Source of the DNA: Proteromonas lacertae
Lineage: Eukaryota
Direction: 5' to 3'
DNA: 64,000 nt
Assembly (NCBI GenBank): GCA_002245135.1
Contig: NGBS01000013.1
Coordinates: 1-64,000 of the forward strand
Below the pieces are notes generated by a model, which saw nothing but the letters and a program-made list of their open reading frames with translations, was not told the origin of the DNA and searched no databases. The translations under genes and the position numbers were made by a program. The stretch's first letter is position 1, and every line of letters begins with the position of its first letter. Shown here one piece after another: positions 53,114 through 63,399 of this stretch.

Positions 53114-56092
53114 TTGATCCTGAATTACCCTTACAGAACCATTATTAGCTTGAATTTAGATTATATTTACCCTTGTCATACCAAAACATATTTCATTAAG
53201 AGCTCCACTCAACTTAATTCCTATAACCCTAAGAAAACATTATACTCTCAATATCGTGCCATCCTTATATTAATCCCTGCTTATATAAATAATAACAACA
53301 CCTCCTGTTTATTTGCATACTTCAGTAGTAACTCACTGCAAAATTCAATCCTGGATTATGCTTACAAAATTACTATTAGCTTAAATTTAGATTATCCTCA
53401 CCTCAACAATGATACATTATATTTTATTCTGCTCATATTTTGGAATGCTCAACTAATTAACAAATGGAAGCCTTCAGACTACATTCATAACATTATTATA
53501 GACCATGACTATACCAGAATCATCCCTTATACCTTATTAAAACCTTATCACAAATATCACCATAAATCAATCAACCTTCATAACTGTTACCCTAATTACA
53601 TTAATACATTATCCTCAAATAAGGTATCTAGTGTAGTTTTCTCACCAATATTATCAATGACAGATATATTAACATATTATTCCAATTATTGTGCATCCAT
53701 TAAAGTTCAGATAACACAAATATCAATCTTACATTACAAAGGAGGGAATAAGGATAAAACAGCTAGTAGTTTAAACAATACACAACAAGATATTATACCC
53801 CTTAATAACTTAGGTAATACTTGTCATATCTCTTCAACATTCCAGTTACTTTATTCCATTGATACATTTAAAACTATTTGTAATAATGAGATATACACAA
53901 ATTTAGAACAAGAGTCAATAGTAAAGGCTTTTAACAAAGTAATTACATCTAAAAATATCACACCCTTAGCAGAGATTCTACATTTAGATATTAATGAACT
54001 TGGCAATGCTTCAGATAATATCATTATCATATTAAACTCCTTCAAAAATATTTTGGATGGTAATATTGAAATAAAAACACAATACTCTTGTGCTAGCTGC
54101 AAGTGTAAATATGATGAAATAATAACAAGAACATCTTTTCAAATTATTCTAAATGGATGCCTTTCTGTCCTTAATATGGAAAAGTTAACTAACTATAAAA
54201 AATGTAATATACACTGCAAACAGTGTAACAAGGATTCTACAACAATAACAAAATCCATTAATTCATTTCCAAAAACCTTAATCATTAACATCGAAAGAAC
54301 ATCACACGATCAAAGAATAATTTTTCAAAGATCCCTAACATTCAATAAATCTACTAGTTATACATTAACTTTTTTAGTTTTATTTACTGGTGATTATACT
54401 GGTGGACATTATACAACAGCAAGATATATACAAGGTAAATGGATTAATATTAGTGATAATAATATCTATCACATTGATAATATTTATAGTATGACAAAGG
54501 AAGTAGTACTATTATTATATACAAAAGAAGATCCTTCAACATTAACAAAAGTTAATACACCAATTTCAATAAACAACCCAACAAGTAACATAAAACCTAA
54601 TCCAATTCAAACAGCTATGCTTCGTACAGATGGAGGAGCAAGAAATAATCCTGGTGAAGCAGCAGCAGCAGCTTATATAGTATTCAATGATAAAGAATAC
54701 AAATTATATTCATACTTTCCTAAAGCAACCAACAATGAAATGGAATATACAGGTTTAATCATTGGATTAAGAAAAATTAAAGAACTAAAAATCAAAAATG
54801 TAGATATAATACTAGACTCAATGTTAATAGTTAAACAATTAACTAATAAAGCAAATTGTAACCATCCGAAACTTCAAAAATTAAAAGAATTAGTATTAAA
54901 AGAACTATCGGAAATAAACTTTACAATAACACACCAAAAAAGGAAATACAATGTAGTTGCTGATGGATTAGTTAACACATCAATAGATAATAAATCATCA
55001 TGTATTGAAGATATTAACATAAATGACATCCTTAACATTATTATCCAACCAAATAGTAATAAAAATAACATTCCAGATACAATTTTAAATCCACCTAAGA
55101 GAAGTTATAATACAATCAAATGCTCTATCTGTAACAAAGAATATAAAGCAAATTGGATACAAAGACATATTAATACAGTACACAAACACATATTCAAGAT
55201 TGTCAAAACTCCAGATATATCACCAAATATAAACAATTCAACTGAGTTAATAGATGAACTTAATAAGACTATTATGGACAATATACCTATTCAAAGTCAA
55301 ATACAAAATATTAAAAACAATGAAATCAAAATATTAAGTGAAGATAAACATGTGAAGACTATTTCCATTAATAATGAAATATTTAGAAGAGACATTATAT
55401 CTCAGCCTAATCCAACAGAAGAAAATAATAAGTTTATATATAGTGAAAGTACCAACTCTAATACCAATATTAATGATTCTATAAAATGCAGATTTTGTTC
55501 TCGATGTTTTAAATCAAAAGTAAGTAGAGGTCAGCATGAACACCAAACCCACCCAAATGAGTTTTATGAAACATTTAGAAAAGACAACCCTTTCAGTAAT
55601 CCTAGACCAGAGTTAAACCCAAATACTATAAAACCAAATGAGACAGAAGTAAAAATAGATAAAACAAACAAGAAAAAATCAATATTTCAAAAATTAGAAG
55701 TTTCAGAAGATGAATTTTGGAAAGGTTTTTACTTCCCAGAACTATATCAATTACAGATAAAACCTGAACTTGATAAATATGAATTTATCAATCAAATTAC
55801 ATACCCTACTGATCCAAAAAGAAGAAATCAATTACTAAAGAAATTAACCAAAAAACTTATACCAATCTTTAACTGGTTAAGAATTCTTCCATCAGAATCC
55901 ACAATATCAACTAAAGGTATAACAGAGGAAGACTTCATGTTTATTAACCAACTATATAACAAAACAATTTCAATAATCCAAACAACTATGAACCCTACAT
56001 CAAATAAAAAACCAGATTATAGTAAATTAAACTATAAATATCAAAGAAATGAGTATGATAACAACAATACATTAAAAGAGCGTCAAAAATAA
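53114..56092 (+). CDS. Retroelement polyprotein N-half: USP (peptidase C19) domain, RNase HI domain, two C2H2 fingers
   Basis: Cys box LNNLGNTCHISSTFQLL (~53800) and His box GGHYT...WINISD (~54400). RNase H TDGGARNNPG...TNNEMEY...LDSMLIVKQ...NVVADGL. Fingers CSIC..HINTVH and CRFC..HEHQTH. Confidence 0.85.
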   Translation: MILNYPYRTIISLNLDYIYPCHTKTYFIKSSTQLNSYNPKKTLYSQYRAILILIPAYINNNNTSCLFAYFSSNSLQNSILDYAYKITISLNLDYPHLNNDTLYFILLIFWNAQLINKWKPSDYIHNIIIDHDYTRIIPYTLLKPYHKYHHKSINLHNCYPNYINTLSSNKVSSVVFSPILSMTDILTYYSNYCASIKVQITQISILHYKGGNKDKTASSLNNTQQDIIPLNNLGNTCHISSTFQLLYSIDTFKTICNNEIYTNLEQESIVKAFNKVITSKNITPLAEILHLDINELGNASDNIIIILNSFKNILDGNIEIKTQYSCASCKCKYDEIITRTSFQIILNGCLSVLNMEKLTNYKKCNIHCKQCNKDSTTITKSINSFPKTLIINIERTSHDQRIIFQRSLTFNKSTSYTLTFLVLFTGDYTGGHYTTARYIQGKWINISDNNIYHIDNIYSMTKEVVLLLYTKEDPSTLTKVNTPISINNPTSNIKPNPIQTAMLRTDGGARNNPGEAAAAAYIVFNDKEYKLYSYFPKATNNEMEYTGLIIGLRKIKELKIKNVDIILDSMLIVKQLTNKANCNHPKLQKLKELVLKELSEINFTITHQKRKYNVVADGLVNTSIDNKSSCIEDININDILNIIIQPNSNKNNIPDTILNPPKRSYNTIKCSICNKEYKANWIQRHINTVHKHIFKIVKTPDISPNINNSTELIDELNKTIMDNIPIQSQIQNIKNNEIKILSEDKHVKTISINNEIFRRDIISQPNPTEENNKFIYSESTNSNTNINDSIKCRFCSRCFKSKVSRGQHEHQTHPNEFYETFRKDNPFSNPRPELNPNTIKPNETEVKIDKTNKKKSIFQKLEVSEDEFWKGFYFPELYQLQIKPELDKYEFINQITYPTDPKRRNQLLKKLTKKLIPIFNWLRILPSESTISTKGITEEDFMFINQLYNKTISIIQTTMNPTSNKKPDYSKLNYKYQRNEYDNNNTLKERQK

Positions 56093-59023
56093 AGGCTAAA
56101 CAAGCTCCAACAATACAAGAGTATACTTGATAAAATTAAATCAAACCCAACAAATCTTAATTATTACATAAAGAAACTATGGATTGATCATCAAATTTAC
56201 ATCAAAGAAAACACAACAAAAGATATTACACAAGTTATAAATACACTTACAGAAGAAGTAGAAGAAATAATATTAGAAAATAACTTGAATAATATTGGAT
56301 TTACAAATAATTCTTCATCCCTAGATGATGAATACAAAAACCACAGAAAAAGTTTCATATCAAAATTATTTAATGATAATCAGAGAGATGTAAAACTAGA
56401 TATTAGAAAGATGGAAAAGATGTTTAATATTCTAAATAATAGCAACATAAACTGGAACACTCAAATCGATACTCCAAAATTCTGGAAAGACATCCAAGAA
56501 TTGTATCCATCAGAAATAAATATGGACATGAACATTACAATAAAAGATTATATGGATGCTATAAGGCACACAAACATCAATTCTGCAGCAGGTCCAGATG
56601 GTATACCATACGCTATTTACAAAGATTGTGAAATATTATCAATAATAATGGTAAAATTCTTTAACTTATTTACAATAAGCGGAAACATCCCGACATGGTG
56701 GAACAAAACAAAGACTATATTAATTGATAAAATGAAAGAAAATGTAAATGAAGTAGGAAATTGGAGACCAATAAGTCTTCAATGTACCATTAGCAAAATA
56801 TATACCAAAATTATAAATTTTAAACTGATGAACACAATAAAGACCCAAAAGATTCTTGAGCCTGAACAAAAAGGATTCATTAGTAAGATTGCTGGCTGTG
56901 AAGATCATATCTTCACAGTCCAGTCTATTATTACAGACATGAATTCAGGATTAAGTGAGAACCAAGTAACCATGACACTCCTAGATCTGCAGAACGCATT
57001 TGGCTCTATACCCCATAATATTATTCAGAAAATATTAACTATAATGAAATTTCCTAAATCATTTATAAATATAATAAAAGCATTCTATACCAATCCAACA
57101 ATGAATTTATATATCAATGATAGATATTCAAATACAATCAAAATTCAAAAAGGTGTAAGACAAGGAGATCCTATATCTCCCTTAATATTCAATCTAATGA
57201 TTGACCCATTAATCAAATTAATCAAACTTAACAATGTAGGTTATAAATACAAATATGACAATTCCTTAGAAGTAGTATGTTCACTCTATGCAGATGACTT
57301 AATATTATTTACAAACACAATAGAGGACATGAAAAAACAACTGAACACTGTAAATGAATATTTAAACTGGAGTAAACTAAAACTAAATCCAGAAAAATGT
57401 GAAACATTTTACAAAAGAAAAACTAGTACTAAAACATACTATAGTAACCCGAATTTGATTATTAACAATCAATTTATACCATATGTTAAAGCTGATAGCA
57501 ATTTCCACTACCTAGGATCATTACTACATATAAAGAATTCTATATTCCAAAGAGATGATTTTACAAATCAAATTGAAAATATTAAAAAGAAAATTAATAA
57601 ACTTAACCAAATTAATATACATCCAGCTTACAAATTAAACATACTAAGAACTTACATCATTCCAACGATAAAATTTTCATTAAGAAATCAAACAATCAAT
57701 CTGACAGAATTAGATAAGTTAGATAAATTCATTACTAATAATATTAAAATGTGGATAGAATGCAATCAAATCACATCGAAAATATTTCATCTTAAATGGA
57801 AAGATGGAGGACTTAATATACCACTATTAAGTGAACGATACTTAATAAACAAAGCAGTGTTATTTTTAAAACAATATTACAATCCAGATCCTAAATTAAG
57901 AAAGATAATTCAATATAAATTATTCTGTATATTTAAACAGAAGAAATTAAAATTATACAATAATGATAATAATGAAATTCAATTTCTCAGATTTTCTATG
58001 AACAATCAATTAGAACTCCTGACCATAGATGATAAACAGACAGTAAAAAACTTAAAAGCAACCATTGTAGACAATTTAATCCACCTTCAAAAACACCTCA
58101 AAATCCAAATCATAGAAACTAAAGGAGGTGAAATATTATTTCAAGACAAAGATGGATTAATTATGAACAAAGTCAGTAATGATTATCAATCAGCATCACA
58201 ATTATTTAAGAATTTGTCACAACATCTGTATAGTATACATAAAGCAGATTGGTGTAACAATGAAGATATAAAACTACAAAATATTAAATCAACATTCTTA
58301 CAAAATAATAAAATCAACAATAAATGGATAATTAATCCGAAAGGAATAAGTGCAAGACAGTATAACATAATGTGGAAAATCAGAACAAATACAATGATAT
58401 GTCAAGATAATCTTAATATTTGGAAACTATCAAAAACTAAAATATGTCAAAGATGCAAGAAAGATAAGGAAAATTATATTCAGAACAACAAACATGTACT
58501 ACAAAGTTGTAAACCACTTTTGTTATTATACAGAAAACGTCATAATAAAATATGTTACAGATTACACAAATTATTTGAATATTCAAATAATTTCAAATGT
58601 TTTAGTGATATTACAGTAAAAAGATTTATAAATCATTTAAGTCCTAATAATGAAAAGCTAAGACCAGATCTAATATTAATTAATAAAAATATTAAGCAAA
58701 TGATCATAATAGAAGTAGGTATTGCTTATGCAGAGGTTAAAAATAATATATCATCAATGATAAACACAAGAAATATGAAATATAATAAATATAAATCATT
58801 ATTGGATGAATTAGAATTAAATGGCTGGCAAACGAAAATGCATGTGATCATAATGGATTCAACGGGAATTATTGATAATACATCATATAAAGAGATTACT
58901 AATATAATTATTCAATATACTAATATTAAATTAAAATCAATTACCTCAATTATACAAAATATTCAATTAGATATGGTATATTCTGCTATAGAGATGTTCC
59001 ATAGAACAACAATGATATGGTAA
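56093..59023 (+). CDS. Retroelement polyprotein C-half: reverse transcriptase, CCHC knuckle, restriction-like endonuclease
   Basis: SAAGPDGI, NWRPISL, EQKGF, LDLQNAFGSI, GVRQGDPISPLIFN, YADD, YLG, CQRC..HVLQSC, RHNKI, RPDL..IIEV and KYNKY. The frame is open from 56093, the same frame as the upstream ORF. Confidence 0.92.
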   Translation, partial: RLNKLQQYKSILDKIKSNPTNLNYYIKKLWIDHQIYIKENTTKDITQVINTLTEEVEEIILENNLNNIGFTNNSSSLDDEYKNHRKSFISKLFNDNQRDVKLDIRKMEKMFNILNNSNINWNTQIDTPKFWKDIQELYPSEINMDMNITIKDYMDAIRHTNINSAAGPDGIPYAIYKDCEILSIIMVKFFNLFTISGNIPTWWNKTKTILIDKMKENVNEVGNWRPISLQCTISKIYTKIINFKLMNTIKTQKILEPEQKGFISKIAGCEDHIFTVQSIITDMNSGLSENQVTMTLLDLQNAFGSIPHNIIQKILTIMKFPKSFINIIKAFYTNPTMNLYINDRYSNTIKIQKGVRQGDPISPLIFNLMIDPLIKLIKLNNVGYKYKYDNSLEVVCSLYADDLILFTNTIEDMKKQLNTVNEYLNWSKLKLNPEKCETFYKRKTSTKTYYSNPNLIINNQFIPYVKADSNFHYLGSLLHIKNSIFQRDDFTNQIENIKKKINKLNQINIHPAYKLNILRTYIIPTIKFSLRNQTINLTELDKLDKFITNNIKMWIECNQITSKIFHLKWKDGGLNIPLLSERYLINKAVLFLKQYYNPDPKLRKIIQYKLFCIFKQKKLKLYNNDNNEIQFLRFSMNNQLELLTIDDKQTVKNLKATIVDNLIHLQKHLKIQIIETKGGEILFQDKDGLIMNKVSNDYQSASQLFKNLSQHLYSIHKADWCNNEDIKLQNIKSTFLQNNKINNKWIINPKGISARQYNIMWKIRTNTMICQDNLNIWKLSKTKICQRCKKDKENYIQNNKHVLQSCKPLLLLYRKRHNKICYRLHKLFEYSNNFKCFSDITVKRFINHLSPNNEKLRPDLILINKNIKQMIIIEVGIAYAEVKNNISSMINTRNMKYNKYKSLLDELELNGWQTKMHVIIMDSTGIIDNTSYKEITNIIIQYTNIKLKSITSIIQNIQLDMVYSAIEMFHRTTMIW

Positions 59024-59057
59024 TAATATTATAAGATTAATATTATAATATATATTT

Positions 59058-59072
59058 AAAAAAAAAAAAAAA
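59058..59072 (+). repeat. A15 tract in the 3' UTR of the retroelement
   Basis: 15 consecutive A, 35 nt after the RT stop. Confidence 0.8.
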
Positions 59073-59262
59073 TTATATATTCTTATACTTATAATATTAG
59101 TGGACAAAATAGAAAGTATATAAAATCTCTAAATGTTGCTAATTAAACATTAAAATAATCATATTAATAAACATAAATTGACTTTGAATGTAAGGTGATA
59201 ATTGTTCAATATAATTAAATAGCTAACTAAAAGGCGATCGGGCATCCCTAATTGTTACTTAA

Positions 59263-59299
59263 ACGGATAAGGTCTCGGGTTCAAACCCCGATCGCGATA
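59263..59299 (+). pseudogene. 3' half of tRNA-Val(AAC), from position 37 onward
   Basis: ACGGATAAGGTCTCGGGTTCAAACCCCGATCGCGATA is identical to 52084-52120; the 5' half is absent. Confidence 0.92.
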
Positions 59300-60152
59300 C
59301 TTCTTTTTTCTTTTTTCTCTACTTTTTATAATTCTATAAATTTAGTTCAAATAATAATTTTAAAATATTTAAGTAATATAATTTTGTTTAAATTTATTAT
59401 GTGACATTTTTGTAATGAATTTTATGAATAATAGTCTATACAATCTATATGTCAGTGAAAATATTGTAAAATGTTTAGTATCTACGTTTATTTTGCTTGT
59501 GTACATCATTAAAATAGTATTAAGTGAATTATGAGAAATAAATAAAAATAGAAACGAATATAATTATTTATTTTGATTAATTTTTCTGATTTATCAACAA
59601 CATTTACAGCTAATTATGTATGATAAAAGTGTTGCTGAAGCATTCATCAAATACAACATACCAACCTCACCTATTCAAAGTCAAACACAAATATTTACAT
59701 ATACACCAATTTCACCAATTCAAAGAGTAAATAAAGCAAACTGCAAAAAAACTAATCTACCTCACCAATCAATAAACTAAATCTAAATATACACTAAATA
59801 CCACTCGCCTGCAGCACAAATGTTGAATAGATTGTAAAATTGTATAAATTTGGCTTGGTATAATAAGTATCTTGAACAATTGATAATTTATTAGAGTATA
59901 ATCCTAACAGTATATTATAATATTGTTGTAAATATCGTTCTCTACCAGGTTCTGCTTTGATGATATCAATAACATAATCAGCTAATTCGTTTACTAAAAT
60001 TTTAGCTATGAATATTGACAGAACATCATCTAACCAAAGAATTATTTTATGATGAGAATCTCTAAAGTACATATAAAAAAAGATATAAATTTATATAATA
60101 ATCTTATTAATCAATTTATTATCCCAATATCTCAAGAAAAACAATTTCAAAA
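59263..60152 (+). repeat. ~0.9 kb direct repeat, copy 2
   Basis: Direct copy of 52084-52982; the same minus-strand ORF MYFRDSHHKIIL occurs in both. Confidence 0.92.
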
Positions 60153-61164
60153 CGCAACAACCTTTAATTTTATTTTGCAATATTCTTCCTTTCATACAAA
60201 TTATATATATTTATCCTTAGATCTTAAAGATATATTTAGTATCAATGTATTACACGGCATTCTGATAAATTGGATAATAAAATAGCTATAAATGACCATT
60301 ACAGTGCATATCCACTTTATTTTCAATTGAAGGCTATATTTGCACTTTACAGCAATTGTTGAAGGGCCAGAGGTTAAGTTTATGATATTAGAATTGAAAA
60401 AAGTCTTCTTAACGCTCAACGGCGCATTTAGCTCAACGGCGCACAACAATTACTACATATCGTGGTAAAATTGAATAATATTGGTTGGATTGAAGAATTG
60501 TGCAAATGAGCACTTCCCCTACAGGCTAAATATATATTTAAGTTGTTTGTAAGAATTGTAATGGACTGGGATTTATTTTGTAGGCCCAGGTTGATATTTT
60601 GAAATACATGTTAAATGTGTATATTTGACTGAACTGAAGACGCTAAATTGATAACATAAATATTTACTAGGTATTAAGATGAAATTTGTGGTCTTTGATA
60701 CTAATTGTCTTATGAGGTTCTTTAATGGTTTGAGTTTTGCTTTTTATTAATTCTTTATTTTATATATTATATTTGTTTGTTATATAATTATCTATTAATC
60801 GTATAATTTTCAAACAAAGGTTAAAGTCATTATACAACATTATGATTATACATAATTAGCTGTAAATGTTGTAATAAAGCAGAAAAAAATAACATTCAAC
60901 TATATAGTCGTTTCAATTTCATAATTTTTGTTATAAGTTAAATAACTTTGTTTAAACTGTATTTATTTACAACAAAAACGTGTATATGAAATATATTAAA
61001 AATTAAAATCCACTATTATTCCATTCCTACTAATTTATTGAATAACCGTTTAAAAAATATAAACCTATCTACTTTATTTCATTTTATTCATTTACTATGA
61101 AATAAAAATATTTAAATAAATCTAAAACATAATAGGAAAAAGAGTTAAAAATAGAAAAAAAGAG

Positions 61165-61238
61165 TATTGAGATCGGGGTTTGAACCCGAGACCTTATCCG
61201 TGTTAAGGATACGTGATAACCAACTACACCATCCCAAC
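61165..61238 (-). tRNA. tRNA-Val(AAC), second isodecoder
   Basis: The reverse complement has the same body as 52047-52120 but acceptor GTTGGGA/TCTCAAT; downstream T-run. Confidence 0.93.
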
Positions 61239-61347
61239 CTATAATTTCGACTAAAATTGACATTTTTATACTAATTTAAATTTAATTTTGAAAAATACTT
61301 CATTCAAAATACCCTTCATACAACATCAATATATTATTATTATTAGA

Positions 61348-63199
61348 TTATATAACTAATGGTTTGAGAGATAATAAATCAGATTCATATTCTTCACCTT
61401 CTTCTATATGTTTTATTAATTCTTTCACTTTTTCTTTTTATATATCCATATTCTTACTCTCATTATCTTCATTTCTTTTATATACACTTTCATGACTTGT
61501 CTCACTATAAATATATATAACACATAATTATATTATACTAATGATTAATATAATAATATAATATCTTTTCCATACTTTCTAACCATTTTACTAAGGTTGA
61601 GAATTCAGCTATCTATTTAAATATATTATTATTATTATTATTATTATTATTTACATTATATATTTTATTATTATGAATCTGTTTTATTACTATGATTAAT
61701 TGAGAATAATCGTTATTACTGTATCTTATATTATTAAATCTCAAATTATTCATTAATGATAAGAAATTGGGTTGTAATAACATATTGGTACATTCTTCAA
61801 CTGTATTTGGCTTATTTTGATGAGTAATTATCGCAATTCCTCGAAATAAGGGAATTAAGGACGTATTTACTTTCTTTGAATTGTATTTCTTTCTTATTAA
61901 TTGCATATCATATCCTTGTAATAAACATCTAAAATATATAAATTAATTATATTATATACTTTGATTTTATCAACATATCTTTCATTATATTATTATATTG
62001 ATCTTCATAAACTGAATCTATTATTATATAATATATTAATAATACGATTGTTTGTTATTGTTGTATTGTTTATATTAGTTGATTCAATTGAAGTATTTGT
62101 ATTTGTTATTTTATTTTTATTGGCATTTATAACTGGTAAAGAACCTGACGAATATTGAATTACTCTTATTTTATTATTACCACTATCACACTATTTTCAT
62201 TATATTATTATATTGATATACAACAAATAAATTCATTTGATATTCTATTAAGCTTATTCCAATTGGACTACTAAATTCACAACTACTCGCTTTACCATCT
62301 ACATAACCACTATGACCATTTCCACAATAAGTATTTATTATTCCACTACTCAAATCTATATATCTTATTGTATCACTCATTTCACTTAATAATAATCCAT
62401 TTGAAAATATACATAATCTTCGAGGATAATATAATTTACATTCATTAAATGAACCATTTTTATATCCACTCTCACCATTTCCTACTAAGGTTTTCACTCT
62501 CTTCATTTTTAAATCAATTAAACGAATTACATGATTAAAACAATCACAAACATATAATTTGTTATTATTGTATATTATTCCATCAGGATGATTAAATATT
62601 GATTCATTAAAACTTCCATCTATTAAACTATATTCTTCTTCATTATTATTATTATTATTTTCATAATCTTTTCTATATCCATTACCTATTGTATCAATAT
62701 AATTTCCATTACTTAAACATATTATCACTATTCCATTATCACTTGTTATATATAATTCATCGTTATTTATTGACATACATCGAGGATTTAATAACATTGG
62801 ATAACTTTCATTATTTCCATATAATACTTCAACTTCTTCTGTTTTGCTTGAATAACTTAAAATTCGATTATTTCCTGTATCACTTATTAAGTAAAACATT
62901 TCGTCATTTTTACTATAACATACAATGTCTGAAGGATGACAAAACTCAACGGAAGAACTAATACCACTTTCTTCACCTACTAAACCACTTCCTATTATTG
63001 TACCACATTTAGGGGTTTCACCTATTCCACTAATTTTTCGAATGTTGTTATTATCAAAATCACTTATTAATAAACACTCATTTTTGAAATCGTAACATAT
63101 TCCACATGGTGAACCAAATTCACAAACATCATAATCTCCATCATTCATACCATACTCATTACCCATCAAAGTTAATACTTCTCCTTTTAAAACGTTCAT
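61348..63199 (-). CDS. NHL-repeat (beta-propeller) protein, multi-exon
   Basis: Repeats FGSPCGI..LISDFDNNNIRKI, FCHPSDI..ISDTGNNRI and FNHPDGI..VCDCFNHVIRLID, plus GYVDG...FSSPIGI. Further exons run to a TAA at ~61348. Confidence 0.78.
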
Positions 63200-63399
63200 T
63201 TTTCAAAAAATATTATCAAGCTTTTATCAAACATATTCAAAAATAAAATCGAAATTAATGATGAATGAGATTGGTTATTATGATGATAACTTTATATACA
63301 TATGTTTTAAGTTGAATGAGTTACATTTATAAGAATTATGTTTATTAAAATAGAAAATGACAAAAAACATTAAAAGAACAACAATATGATCTATTCAAT

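Larger units (their letters stand above)
52084..59262 (+). mobile_element. Non-LTR retrotransposon, RLE (R2/NeSL/Utopia-like) type, associated with tRNA-Val (5' boundary uncertain: between 52084 and ~52980)
   Basis: RT + CCHC + PD-(D/E)xK endonuclease, no LTRs, no APE domain seen. The 3' end abuts the 3' half of tRNA-Val at 59263. Confidence 0.88.

Noticed and set aside
16700..56092. Stop-codon reassignment suggested by in-frame TAG/TAA at 16700, 19533 and 56090
   Set aside because: Conserved genes have long stop-free exons and end in TAA/TAG/TGA. The internal stops are confined to mobile or accessory genes.
52084..60152. Interpreting the 0.9 kb direct repeats as LTRs
   Set aside because: The RT is non-LTR type with a C-terminal RLE. 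There is no gag, aspartic protease or integrase and no TG...CA ends, and the repeats start inside a tRNA.
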